A stretch of DNA of 63,253 nucleotides, the filler included, from Intoshia linei (taxonomy: Eukaryota; Animalia; Orthonectida), in NCBI GenBank assembly GCA_001642005.1. It is 3 parts of 3 records of this genome, joined end to end, with 100 filler letters (N's around TTAATTAATTAA, not from the genome) between each part and the next. Parts side by side here need not be neighbours in the genome. Positions count along the whole stretch, not along the records: positions 39,694 to 63,253 come from LWCA01000557.1; 2 more parts are not named here. The stretch is one strand, 5' to 3'. Under the pieces are notes generated by a model. That model searched no databases, was not told where the DNA came from, and saw only the letters and a program-made list of their open reading frames with translations. Made by a program: the position numbers and the translations under genes. Numbering within the stretch: the first letter of the stretch is position 1; the number at the start of each line of letters is the position of its first letter. Below, piece after piece: positions 39,594-54,000 of this stretch.

Positions 39594-39693
39594 NNNNNNN
39601 NNNNNNNNNNNNNNNNNNNNNNNNNNNNNNNNNNNNNTTAATTAATTAANNNNNNNNNNNNNNNNNNNNNNNNNNNNNNNNNNNNNNNNNNNN
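39594..39693. other. Artificial contig spacer (N44-TTAATTAATTAA-N44)
   Basis: Same 100-nt six-frame stop linker as at 15487. Confidence 0.97.
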
Positions 39694-40068
39694 ATTGAAC
39701 GTCTACACATTTCCAATAAAGAAATATAGGTGAAAATCTATATAATTAATTCTTTTGCAATTTTTAAAGATTATAGAATTTTTATGATTGGACGGTTTTT
39801 ACTTGATTTTTAATATTATATACACACTGGTCTAATAAATTAAAAAAATAAAATAATTATTGTTTATAAAATTCTATACGCAAATGTTAACAAAACAAAA
39901 TTAAGATGGAATAATTCACTTTAAAGTAAAAAAAGTAATGCGATAAGACAGTTTCACCTGAAACAAGTTTGGGAACCACTCCCTTGAAGGATTGATTTTT
40001 AGTATAATTAAAAAGTTGGCCGACGGAGCTAAGTGCTGTTTGTACTAAATACATAACAATCCAGCTAG
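39694..40068 (+). mobile_element. Helitron family copy, 3' end
   Basis: Ends GGAGCTAAGTGCTGTTTGTACTAAATACATAACAATCCAGCTAG|T, homologous to 3' ends at 43868, 54850 and 62964. Confidence 0.7.
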
Positions 40069-41289
40069 TATACTGTACTATACGTTATATTTAATAAATT
40101 TACATCAAAAATATAAAATAAAACAATTTAATGTATTGTAATTAAAGTAAATATTTATTTAAACTTGAAATTATTTTAATTAAATTTAATTGAATTGATA
40201 ACATTAATAATATTTTATGTTATTAATACATCTCAAATTTAATAAACATGTGTTCTATTAAATAACTAGCTTGAGTGTTATATACTTGAGGGTTCGATTT
40301 ATGACAATACTCATAATTTTAAAAATTATCCCAGAATTTATTCTTACTTATATAACACTAGACAACAAAATGAATTTTTTTCGAGGATCTGTATGAGACC
40401 CATACAAATAAGAAGCTGAAATTTTCATGATCAACATGATACTTCTCTTTTTAATGTTACAGTTCGCTATTAAAAGATGATTGACAACATCATAGCAACT
40501 AAGCTATATTAATTCATTTTAGTTTCTTAATTTGTAATTTAATTATAGTATATTATGAGATATTTAAATTTTTTTGGAATATATATAAAATTGATAGCGG
40601 ATAATTACATTAACACATTGAAATTAAAAAAAAACAAATATTAAATAAATTACAGGTATACAAAAATTTAACTAACGACAGGCACTTTAACAGGATTAAC
40701 ATTTGCGTAAAGAATTTTAAAAACAATTGTTTTTTACTTTTTTTTAATTTATTAGACAGAGCATGTGTGTATAATATTTAAAATAAAGTATAAACAGTTC
40801 AATCATAAAAATTTTCATTTCCAGCAAAAATAAAATTATAAAAACCTATTTTGTCATTTTCAATGTGATGAATCATCACATCACTGATGATATATATTTA
40901 GTACCAATTTAATAAATTTGTATTAGACTTATTGAGACGTCTCATTTTTTGTAACCTATGTCCACCAATTCTTTGATTTTTTCTTCGAAATTACATAATT
41001 GATATTTTTTTTATTAACAAAAAGATTACATATAAGACATAATTTCATCTTGTTATTACTTATTAAGACTTAGAAAATAGACGAATTAAGTAGTAGCGGA
41101 AAACTTTTACATAACAATTAACAATTGATTAACAGTTAATAATTAACGCTCATTGAATTTATTTACAATCATTTAATGTTCAAATTAATTTTGTATTTTC
41201 AACTTTTTTAAGGTATAAAAATTATGTATTTTAATTTATAAATTATCATATATCTTTTAATTATTTTCTAAGAATGTTTAAAAAAGACA

Positions 41290-41835
41290 ATGAAATAACA
41301 ATTACGTAGCATTTGATTTTAGCTTCGTAATCATGCAGATGAAACCGAAAAACCTCAGTGAATTTACTTTTTGGCGTTTTATGCAATGATAGCATTAATA
41401 TAAACCTCCTACATAATAATAAGAATATAAAACACTCAAATCTCACTGGCAGTATTGAAGTTAGCGCTCGAAAAAGAATTAAATGGAACAGTTGACAATT
41501 TATCATTTCTTCTCAATGTAACAAAATTGTAGACTCTACAATTTTTTTTACAATGTAGAAATGTAATATCATGTTGCTTACCAGTTTTCTAAACAAAAAA
41601 AGCATTATACCATCGGAAACGTTGATTAAACTCTGTACTCTTAACATCGCAGAACTTCCACTTGGCCAAAAATAAGAAGGGGCATTTAAATCAATTCCTT
41701 TGTAAAAGGATTAAAAATTTAGCAGAAGTTATCAAACTTCAAGTTATGGATGAACTTTGAAAAAGCCTAGTAAAATTTAGTTTACAATTGGACGAATCTA
41801 CTGATGTGTTTGTAAGATATGTAGTGAATGATAAT
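41290..41835 (+). mobile_element. Degenerate hAT (Charlie/Buster-type) transposase N-terminal fragment
   Basis: Frameshifted remnants DETEKPQ, YHVAYQFSKQKKHYTIG, KRIKNLAEVIKLQVMDEL, KFSLQLDESTDV..FVRYV. Confidence 0.75.
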
Positions 41836-42015
41836 GTATAAAAAATATTAATTTTATATTCATATTTAACGGAAGCAGCATTTTAAAAACATATTTCGGA
41901 TGAATTTTACCAACATGGCAAAGCATTGTAATCAATACAAAAATGATAATAACAAAGTTGTACTTTCTATTTGGTGTTAATTTAAATAATTTATTTCATA
42001 TTAGTAAAATGACGG

Positions 42016-45000
42016 TCAATATTGTGAGTAATAACCAGAGCTTTGAATGGTAGCTACTGATTTTTCAAATTCGCTTTTATTTTTTCTAATCAAATGAAAT
42101 TTTACATCTTTTATATCTGCTAGCCGAGGTTCTCTCTAAATTTGAAAATGTAATCATTCATCTAAGACTATTGAAATATAATATTACCTTATTGAATTCA
42201 AAAACAAATTTGTATTCATTAGTTTTATTTTTTTGTTTAACATTGATTAATAATGTATGACGATTAAAATTGTCTCCGTGTTTTAAAATTTGTGATTCAT
42301 ATAACCGAGTACCATCGAATAATAATTTTAAATCAATTTTCTAGTTTTTAATTGAGCATATTACATATTTATTAATTCCAATAGTTTTTTCAACCACTCA
42401 AATGCACAGTGGGTATGTTTGCAATTAGTAATTATAAACTAACATTCAGAACATATATGACATCAAAATACAGGCATTATACGAAAAGTGGTTGCAAAAC
42501 TTTATATTACCATTTCTTCGAGTATTGGGTTCAAATTAAGAGTATTATTAATGTACAACAGTTCCAACGTGTTATCCTTAGATATTAAAAATTCTTGACT
42601 GTACCATGTTTGATAATCGTTCACAGTAAATTGTTTTTGAAATATCTAATAATATATAATAAATTAAACACCATAATGGTCAATTCTGTATATCAATATA
42701 ATATACATGTATTTAATATATATGCATTATACAGACTTTTTTTTTATTAACTTTTTTAAGAGTGAAATGTAATTTATGGCTAGACAGTTTAATAAATAAG
42801 AAATATTACTCTGAGTAAATCGACAATATTTGGAATTACAAACAATTTTAAATATTTTGATTGTTCCAAATTTTGACCATTTTTTTCATTTTTAATGACT
42901 ACCAATCTCATTTCTTTCACTATAGTTTTAACTTTGCTTAAATTGTCCGTGCAAACAAAATAGTAGCCACAAGATAGCTTTTTTAATTGAATTATTATTT
43001 TGCTTTTTTTTAATTCACATTTCGTATTCTTGATTAACTAAATTATATTAATATCATGTAATCCTTACTTATATAATATGCTACGCAATATTTGTTTATG
43101 TGTGGGTTCTATTTTATTTCAATAACTACCAGTCTTCAAATTTTATAAAGTCCACATTTTAATTACAATATTTCCGGGGGTTATAGCAAAATAAATTTCA
43201 ACCTTCCAAACTCACATCTTACGGGATCAAAAACCCCAATTGTCCTGGTTTTTGAAAATCAAACAAATTGGAGTATTTAAAAAATATATACGCTGATACG
43301 AATTTTAAAATCATAGACATTATCATAAATTTAAAATTAAAAAAATTATATCTTCAGGGCCAAAACCACAAATTACCCTTTTTATTATGAAAACAGCCCT
43401 AGAATTTAAAAATATTTATAGGTGGTAGAGTTTTATCCTGTTAACACACACACAAAAAATTTCAATCCAAATAAGTAACGACTTCACGGTCAAAAAAGCA
43501 TTTAGTATTCATATATTTTTTTTCTGAAATATTTTATTAAAACAAAAAATGTAAAATAATTAACGGTCCGAAAATTAAAAAAATAAAAGATTATTCTGAT
43601 TAGCTTATTCCAGTTAATATAAATACAAAAGTTTAACCTGAGAAATCTACGCATTCCCGATGAAAAATAATTTTTAATATATTATGAACCAATTTTTCCA
43701 AATCAAATGAAAAAAGTTTGGGAACATCCTTTTTAAATGATTGATAATAGTGAATAGAAGGATTTTTAAGTTAGATTTTCAACGTGAATTTAATTTTTTG
43801 GTATAATAAAAATGTGCCCTCGGCAGACTTAGGTAGTGATTGTACGTAGTACATAACAGTCAACCTAGTCTATTATAATATTATTATTATTGGTAGATAT
43901 TGTATTAAATACCTGGTAGACTGAATTTCTAGATTTTGTACAGCATGTTGTATATAAATATAAATTATTTACATTTTTTGCATTATGAGGCAAAAATAGT
44001 GTGAATTCACCAATTACGTTTTGGTTTTCTTGTTTAAAATTAACATAGATTGTTGGAGTAATTATCAGTTTTGTATCTAAATAGTTATAAATTACACATA
44101 ATCCATTACTTACACTGCGCGAAACTTGAGTACGGAAAAAAAGTTTTTTTAGATTACACGAAATAAAATAGATTAAGTCAAAATAAATTTAGAGAAAAAC
44201 ATGAATTAATGAAGTATTAAGACAATACAATAATAATATGTTAATGTATGTAATGTTAAATGTTTTTCAAAGAGTAGTGAACTCTACGCCTAACAAAATG
44301 TTTGAACTAGCAAAATCCAATAAGGAAAAATATCATATTAAAAATTTTTAAGATTACATACCAGATTTATAAATTTTAATGAACCACTTTGTTGGCTTTA
44401 ACCAGCCAGTTAAATTTTAGTTTGTAAAATTAAATAATTATATACTTATTAACTGTTTTTATTTTTGTTACTATTCAAGTGACGCACACTGTATATAAAA
44501 TGGAATGTCTGCGTGTGTGTGTTACCGTATGTTTAAAAAATTAACGGTCGTAGACTTTAACAAAACCCATTTTCTAATACGGTTTTTCACGGGGGTGTTG
44601 ATAACTATGTTTCATTTTTCTAATTAAAGTAATTCATAATCAATTTATAATAAAACATAAATTCTGGTAAGCATTTTAAATTATTAACATTGTCGTAAAT
44701 TTCAGCCTCAGAAACGCAATCCTTCATAGTCAAAACCTTAAATGGCCCTTTTTTTAAATGAAAAAAGTCCTAAAATTTTATACAACATAAATTCTGGGAT
44801 AGTTTTTTAAATCATATGCATTATTACAAAAGAAACTATCAAAAAGGTGCCTTTTCATGATCAAACCCCCAGATTACCCTTTTTTTAAAAAATGAAAATA
44901 GTCATAGCATTTAAAAAAAAATTACAGTATCTATAGCATCAATCTTGAAAATTGTATTAGAAATTGTATTTTTGTTAATTCTAGTGCTGTTCATTTTTAA

Positions 45001-48000
45001 TTAAACGGTAACACACAGACGTTTCATTTTGTCAATATAACTCAAGTAGAGGTTAATGAAATGTATTGAAACATATAATAATAAATAACTTTCCAAGTTT
45101 GATGTATTTATTGGATCAAATGAAATTTCCATTTTAATTAAATTTTCATAATTAATATTTTTCTTGTGTTTGGCGTATATTTTTATAGATTCTAAGAAAA
45201 TTCATTTTAATATTTTTGATATTTATTATAAAATTACCATTTATATTTCGTTTACAGAGTTGAAAAGATTTTAGCAAATTTCTTTCGATTATATCATAAT
45301 TTGAGAAATTATCTATAAATCAAAATAATACAAGAAATAATCATATCGAAGGGTAGGTTGTAAAAAAAGTGTTATAAGGGTAAGTTTCATGTGTGCTCTT
45401 TCCCAGTTAATTCACTTTTACTCTTTCTAAATCTTTGAAATTTTGCATAGAAATACATTTTTATATTTTAATTTCTCTTTTAAAAATAATCCTATTTATA
45501 TATAGATGAAATTAAAATGGGTGATCAGTAAAGGAATTAAAAAGATGTAAAATTTTTTATTGTGCCCATTTTTTATTTTCGGTGACGTCTAACATGGTGG
45601 GTTCTTCTTTGTTCTAATGTATTAGAAAATAAGTACATTTCATTTGAATTTATTTAAAAGTAATTTTAATTACATATTAAAAATTTACCACGAAATTTTT
45701 CTTACCATTATTATTAAATAATATTTGAAAATGATGATAATAATTACATCAATAAAAATAAATGTATTAAAATTACCATAATTATTAATTGTAGAATAAG
45801 TGTTTTTATTGGTTATTTTATCGGTTTCATTCTCGTAAACACCTGTATCAACGAGAAAATTATTGACATTACTAAATGAATTTGTATAATCACAAGAATT
45901 TTCAATTTTGGTAATCAAGTCAAATTTCCATCCGGGTGATTGATTCATATTTAAAATGTAATCTTTATCCTGATTCATCAATTGGAATTGAGATTTTAGT
46001 GGATCGCTATTCCAATTATCTGATATGTATTTAGCTAAATTATTAATATATTAATTGTATGTATTTTAAATTATAATAAATACAAATATTATAATATATA
46101 TTAATATATACATAATTGGTACAGTTAAAATGTAAAAAGTAAAAATATTTTGACGGTCCGGTTAAATGTTATGACTAAACTAATATTTAAAATTGTGGTA
46201 TTAAAATTTAAATAATGACCAAATCACTATTTATAATTTATGCAAAACAAATATGTTATTTTTAATGTATTTTATAAATATTCTCGCTACAATTAAAAAA
46301 TTATACAAATCGGCGTTTGGAAAAAGCTGAAATTAAAGAAAGTGTAAATCAAAATTAAGCCCATATATTATTTTTATAACATTATTATCTATACTTTATA
46401 CTATAAAGTTTATATAATACAGATTAAAATAAAATTTTCATATTTTATTCGTACGTATTATTATAATTACGTTGAGTTTTGTAAAAGAGGTTTCTTTTAG
46501 CTAAGTTTAAAAATAATTATATATTATGTATTGTATACGTGATTTAAAAAATTGAAAAATTTTTTTCTTGTTCTTGCACCTCTTAATGCAAAATAGAGCA
46601 ATCAACAGTACAATGATGACAACCACGGTCAACAGTATAAACAATATTATGAAGGCATCATTAGAAGGTATATTAAAGTATCCATCTAATAAATTTATAA
46701 ATTAAAACATCATATCCAAAATACTAGTCAATGAATTGTTCAATTTTATTATGGATAGATCTAAAATAAATGTAAATAGGTAATCTTTACTTATATAATA
46801 TGCTTTGCTATATTTATGTGTCTATATTGGACCTGTCTATAAATTTTATAAAGTCCACATTTCATTACATGTTTTTCCGGGTGTAAGTAAAATAAATGTC
46901 AATCTCCCAAACTCACATCTTACGGGTCAAAAAGCCCAATTATACTTTTTTTGAAATTCAAACGAGTTCAAGAATTTAAAAAAATATATTCTTTGATACA
47001 GCTTTTAAAATTATAAATATTATCATAAGTTTAAATTTAAAAAAAATATATTTTCAAGGCCAAAACCCAAATTACCCTTTTTTTTAATGAAAACAGCCCT
47101 AGAATTTAAAAATATTTACAGGTGGTACAGTTGTATCCTGTTAACACACACAATAAATTTCAATCTGAATAAGTGACGCCTTCACGGTCAAAAAAGCAAT
47201 TTACTATTCAGTTTATTTTTATTGATACGCAAAATACAAAAAATGTGTATTAATTAATGTATATAAAATTTAAATTTCATAATATCTGCAAACGCTTAAT
47301 GGGACTAGATAGGAAAAGACTTGAATCTCCGAAATAATAAAAATATTTAACAAATCATAACTATTTAGCAATAATTATATTGAATGTACCTGCATTGTGT
47401 GGGCATGGGCAGTCATCATCAAATTCTACACTTTTACCATTGCAATATAGCCCACGAAGTGATTCAACAGGTATGGTACATTTTCTTAATCTAAATCTAT
47501 TGCAATTTGAGTTACATTCGCTCCAATTTGACCATTTTGTCCATCCTTGATTGACTATAAAATAAATAAGCAAATAAAAATTTTGAATTATAATATGCTA
47601 CGCGATTTTTGTTTGTGTGTGTGCCTGTGTGTGTGTTCCACTTTATTGAAATAACTACCAGTCTTAGAATTTTATAAAGTCCACATTTCAATTACAGTTG
47701 TTTCCGGGACGTATAATAAAATAAATTTCAACCTCCCAAACTGACGTCTTACTTGCCCCAAGGGTTTTATGATTATGTAAAAATCAAAACACCGTAGGTG
47801 TTTAACAATAATTATGATAATGTATGCACTTACAAGTGATTGACATGTAAATTTTAATGAAATGTTTAAACCTTCCAAATAAATCAATCTAAAAATTATC
47901 AAATCAATACAATTTAATTTGAGCATAAATTAATGATAATGATTGAAACAATAAAAATAATACTTTAAACAAACAGTTAAAAAGTAAAAATGAGTCATGA

Positions 48001-51000
48001 GAAAAATCTATAAAAACAAACGTTAAAATTTGTTAATCGAAAATCTTATTAAGTCGATATCAAATATTACATTATTGTTATGGGTCAATTTTACTACATT
48101 AGGATTTAATAAAATTTGTAAAATTGTCGTCTTTTAGTTTTTGACAAAACCGTATACAAAGTGACACAAATTCAATTTTGGTACTTAATTCATAAGAAAA
48201 CAATATTAAATGTGGAAAACATTTAAATTTACATTTATATCAATCAACGCAGATAGATAGACGCTTCTTTACATGTAATGCATTCATTTTAATAAATATG
48301 CGTGCAATATCCAGCTATGATTACGTTGGTTTGATAGTATAAATAATCATTTCATAATTACATTTTTTAGCATGTGTAAACAGATTAAATATCTAAATAA
48401 ATTTTCTAACATTACCTTTACATTGATTTCTACACTTTTTTTCTTCTCTTGAATGGCCACTACAAAATGTTTTATCTAGGGACACTTGACAATATCTTTC
48501 TCTATATTGCAACCCTTCACCACATATTTTACTACATGGAGACCAAGATGTCCATTCACTCCATTTGTTTTCTTCTAAATAGAGTATAAAATATTTTTTC
48601 AATTTTAGGAAAATTTCAAAATAAGTATTTTGGGGGAGTGACAGTAATATGCAAAATTTAGATAATAAAACTGAGGATACTGCATTATTCTTGAAAAATA
48701 TATTAAGAATTTGTGCTTTTTAAAATTTTGCGCCCTATTTTTTTCATTTTGAATAAGTAGGGTAATTTGGATTTTTTATTGTGAATATGCAAATTTCTGA
48801 GAGTGAAATTTATCTGAATCTCTGTACCGGAAAAACTTGCCTTGGAATTAACCTTTATTAAACTTTCGGTCTGTTAGTTTTCGAAATAAATGGTTATACA
48901 GAAAAACGCATACATTTTCAGCAACATTTACATTATACAAGTAAGGATAATATTGATAACTTGTCTGAAAAATTAATCTTAAATTTACTCATTCCGTTAT
49001 ACATGTACTATACTTAAACATAAAAGTTTAAATATATAATTTTAAATTTTGTATAACCCTCATAGTCAATATTAATGAATTTACGTTAAATTCTCATATA
49101 ATTTACACACGATGACATGCGGCGACACAGTGTCGATTAAAATATTGACCGTGGTAAATATACACTCTACAAATTAGTTAGATAAAAGATTTCTGTCATA
49201 CATCACATTTTTTATACAATAGTGGTTGATTTCAAAGTCAGTATAGAATTAAGGCGCCAAGTTTATTAATAACTATAAAATTTTGATATTACTTTGTAAT
49301 AATTCATATTATATATATATTAATTTTTTTACATTTAACACTTTTAATTCATTATTTCATAATGACACAGAGACAATGAAATTAATTTAAGATATTTAAA
49401 ACATGTTTAAAAGATATTAAATTGATTTACTTGATATAATTGAATTGTGTGAATAGGAGATAAGAAAATTGAAAAGTTAGTAATGCATAAAATTAATAAT
49501 TTTACTTATTCGACAGATAAATTTTAATACAGAGTTTACTCATTTAATTTTAAGTTTGATTAATTTTTTTTAATACCTGATAATGAAACAATAGCAGGTT
49601 TACTATATCTTCTGGCAGCTATATTTTCAGCCACACATGTGTATTTTCCCACATTTTCTTTTATAAAATTTTGGATAATTAAATTATTGTCCTTAGAAAC
49701 TGCCACATTATCAAAAGTATGATATTTTATGGGTTCATCAGCAAGGTACCATGTAATCTAAAATATTTAGATTACAATTTAGTTAATAGGATGCGAAAAT
49801 TTTTACACGAGACAATTTTTAAATAAATTAATTACATTTGCTTTGGGGTTGGCTTGAGGACCTATACATTTTAGTTCTAAAAAGCTGTTCAATTTTAATT
49901 GGGTATTTAATGGATCGAGTGAAAATCTTTTCTTGATGTCTAATAGATAATATTAGCTAAGATTATAATATACATAAAATACTAATACAAAGAGCATATA
50001 GAGGGCTAAGAGTCATACGACGGACCCGACGTCATAGGGTTTTTAATGGGTTCTAATATTTTAAATTTGTAAGAGAAGTGAGAAAAATTTTTCGTATGGT
50101 GGTGATATTTTTTAATGTACATTTGTACAATGTACATAGTCCTACCTTATTCATCTGATCCAGCCCCACTGTTAGCTCTTCATAGATCCGTTAATACATA
50201 ATGTATGATTTAATTTAAAAATAATTTTACATGCAATGTGAATCAATCCTTTTTTAGTTTCAGCTGTAAGAGGTAGCCCAGATTCAGCAACTTTGTTGTA
50301 AGCAAAACATTTGCACCAGTACCCGTTTTCTCCAAAGTAATCTTCCACGTCTTCTTTATTGATCGAAATTCTCGTTTCAATATATTTATAATTATTGATT
50401 GGATCGTGTAGTTCCTTTTGAGAATGTAGACTTGTGTTTATCCATCTTTCTGCACACTTGAATCTACGTGTTTTTATTATTCTTTAATAATTCGTCAAAA
50501 TATTAAAATTGATTAACATATGTTAAAACAGTTTAAAATAAGCTTACAATATTTGCATAGCATGATAAGCCCTGCATATGAGTTCTACTGGTTTTCTCTT
50601 TACAATATAATATGTTGGCAAGGGTTCTGTAATGAATTTTGGTTTATATGCAGCAATATTGGTTAATTTAGATTCACTAATTAATTTTGTAGTTTCTTTC
50701 AGGTTCGTTTGTGTAAATGCATCTAAAAAAGTAAAAAAAAACATTCAATAAGTAATTAAACTAGGAGTGGGAAATCCATTTCATATATAAGGGCATAATT
50801 TTAATAATTTGAAATAGATAACGTGAACCCTGAGGTTAAAACACGTATATGGCTATATTAATTATTGGTGGAATATTTAGTTATCATAAAGTGTCTTAGA
50901 ATTTAAAATTGAACTTAAATTTATAATTTCATGTCAATTTTTACTAAAATATTCAGAGGATGATACGTTTAAATTGAAATTGGAATTTACTAAAATGACA

Positions 51001-54000
51001 TTGAAAATTACCAAATTGAAATTATAGATTAATTTCAAAAATAATGGATGACATACTTTAAATGAAGACCACATGTTTTTTATTTTTGAACCAAGCCATT
51101 TAAATTAAATTTTAGAAAATTTTTTGTCTCAAACATGTAAAAATTATATCAATAAAATAAAATTTCAACATTAGATTCTACGATTAAATAATAAAAAATG
51201 TGTAGTCTTTTTTAGGTTTACGTCGCTTTATATATCAATTTATAAGCGAAGATTAAACTGGAAATTTGTTGTTATTTTTGAGTAATACGTAATAATCGAA
51301 TGTAATGGTAATCGTTACATCATTCAAATCTTATATGTAAAGAATAGTGACTCATTATCCATAATGTGAAAATAAATATGTATTAGGTCAGGATCCCTAA
51401 CTTTTTTCAGGCGGATCTTTTTATAATCATTGGACCATTTTTATAAAATAAATGAATTTTTTATAAATTTGGACCTTATCTTATTAAACCCTTATTTTTT
51501 GGATTAGTTTTATTTGTATTTTAATAAAAATGAAAAAAATCCATTTTCTATAAAATTGGTCATGAACTTCAAAATTAGCATGTTTTTTTAAGTCATTTTA
51601 TAGATATTTAAAAATTTTTAAAAAATGAAAAACAATATTTTTCAGAATTTAAAAAAAAATTCTATTTTAAAGCCCTATTTTTCAGTGACTGCTTCAAATA
51701 ATAGTAAAATTTTTCTATAAAAAAATTTCAAGTGGAGATTAAAAAGGTTAGGATACTTAATAAAGATATAAAAAATATATCATTAGTCAAAATGTTTAAA
51801 AATATCAAAAAGAAAACATAAATAAATTGAAATTTTCAATCTCTTTACAAAAAAGTTTTCATAAAATCATTAATTCATCAAATTCCATTTTTAACCATTT
51901 ATTAACATATTTCTACACTGTGAAGAATTTTAAATTATTTCTTTAAATAATATAAAGAGAAATGTAACATTACATGAAGGCAATTAGTAGGGGTTCTATA
52001 AATAGTAATTCTAAAAATGAAATATATTCAAAATATTATTTCGATTTATTAATATTTTTATATCGTCAATAAATTTATGCCTATTTATTAGTTTATTTGC
52101 AGAAATTTAATATTTTTTTATTATTTTTAAAAAAAAGATGTTTATAACTATTTTTTACAAAATGTCTTTGGATTGGTATTAAAAGTGTGTTAAAGTTGAC
52201 ACATTATGGTCCGAGTAGGCAGCACCGAACCTACACTGTTTCATGCCACCAGAATCAAAAATAAACTTTTAGAAAATTTGAAAACGATGGATAATGTCAT
52301 ATAGAATAAAGCTACCTCTCCAGGTTATGGACCGTCTTGGACAAGATACTCTAAATTTGACACAGAATGATTATAATATTCAAAAATACAATTTTTTAGT
52401 ATTGATTTTAGAAAAATGAGGCCGTATTTCGAAAATTTCTCAAAAATTTCTTCGATCCCAACATTGGGTAGACAGTATTGGGTAAGATATGTTCGGCTTG
52501 GGTATATGCTAGGTGTATTTACAATTTTATTTTTTCTAGGATTTATGTTATGTATGACGATTTTTTAAGGCTGTAACTATAATTGTTCCGTTTTAACTTT
52601 TATTAAAATTATACATTCAATGTCTATAATAAATTAAAAAAAAATATGTTTCAAGGTGATCATCTTTGATGTAAGCTAATATGAATGTAATCTTTAGTAA
52701 TGTATTACAATGTCAATATCCTTACATTTCAAGATAATGTTATCTAAATTAATATGTTTCTAAATAAAGTGTCAGTGAGTCCATTAAGCTCTATTTAAAT
52801 TTTTTTTGAAATTTGAAACTACATGTGGGGCTAATAATAAAGCTTTATATAAATAAGAATCAATACTTAAATTTTACTGCTTCACTGCAGAGATAAAAAT
52901 CTCGCATGTCAATTTTAAAGTTTTTTTACATTTGTAGCACTTGAAAAATAATGCAATTAATTTGAAAGTTTCAATATGTATAAAAATTGGAAGTATGAAA
53001 ATGTAGCAATATAAAATGTATTTAACGATGTATCAATGCATTCAAAATTTTATTTAAATCCTTACTTATATAATATGCTTTGTTTGTGTGAGTGTGTGTG
53101 TTCCACTTTATTGAAATAATTACCAGTCTTAGAATTTTATAAAGTCCACATCGTTTATTTCAATAACTACCAGTCTTAGAATTTTATAAAGTCCACATTT
53201 CAATTACAGTTTTTTCCGGGACATATAATAAGATAAATTTAAACCTTCAAATGATTAAATTGATATAAATACAAAATTTCAACCCCAGAAATCGACGCAT
53301 TCCCGGTGAAAAATAATTTTTAATATATTATGAATTAATATTTTTCAAATATTTCGATTAAAATAAAAATTGAAAATGTAAATATTTATTTTAAAATTTC
53401 AAAAAAAATGTGCATTGAACGTCTACACATTTCTAATAAAGAAATATGAGTGAAAATCTATATAATTCATTCCTTCGGAATTTTATAGGTAGAATACTTT
53501 TTGCTTTTTCAATAATTTTTTCTAATATTTGACTATAGAATATGAGAATTAGGACAATTTTGTAGCGCATGAATTTATAATTTTTAATTCTATAACATTT
53601 CAGTGTTAAAAAAATATAAATTAAATTTACCCCAATAAAATATGTAGCATGTAACATATGAGGTGTAAAGTTATAATTAATCATTTTTTTTACAATAATT
53701 AACTGAATATTAGCATGGCATGTTAAAATCATTAATGATTAAATGATTGTAAATTACTATTAAATTTTAATACGATTAAAGTCATTATGTAAAACATTAA
53801 TCGATTTTATCATTAATAACTAGTGTTAGTAAAATACACTATATTTATTACAGTAAATATTGGATTATACAAATCATATTTTTATTGAAATCAAACACAT
53901 TCTAACATATAAAAGTCATTTAGTTAAAAATGTATATCTATTTATTTTTCTGTCTGTTTGTTTCATTTTATTTAACAAAGTAAGAAGTATAGAATTTCTA

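Noticed and set aside
52211-52513. Possible CACTA-like small element (CCGAGTAGGCA ... TATGCTAGG)
   Set aside because: Terminal match is weak and no second copy is present in the window.
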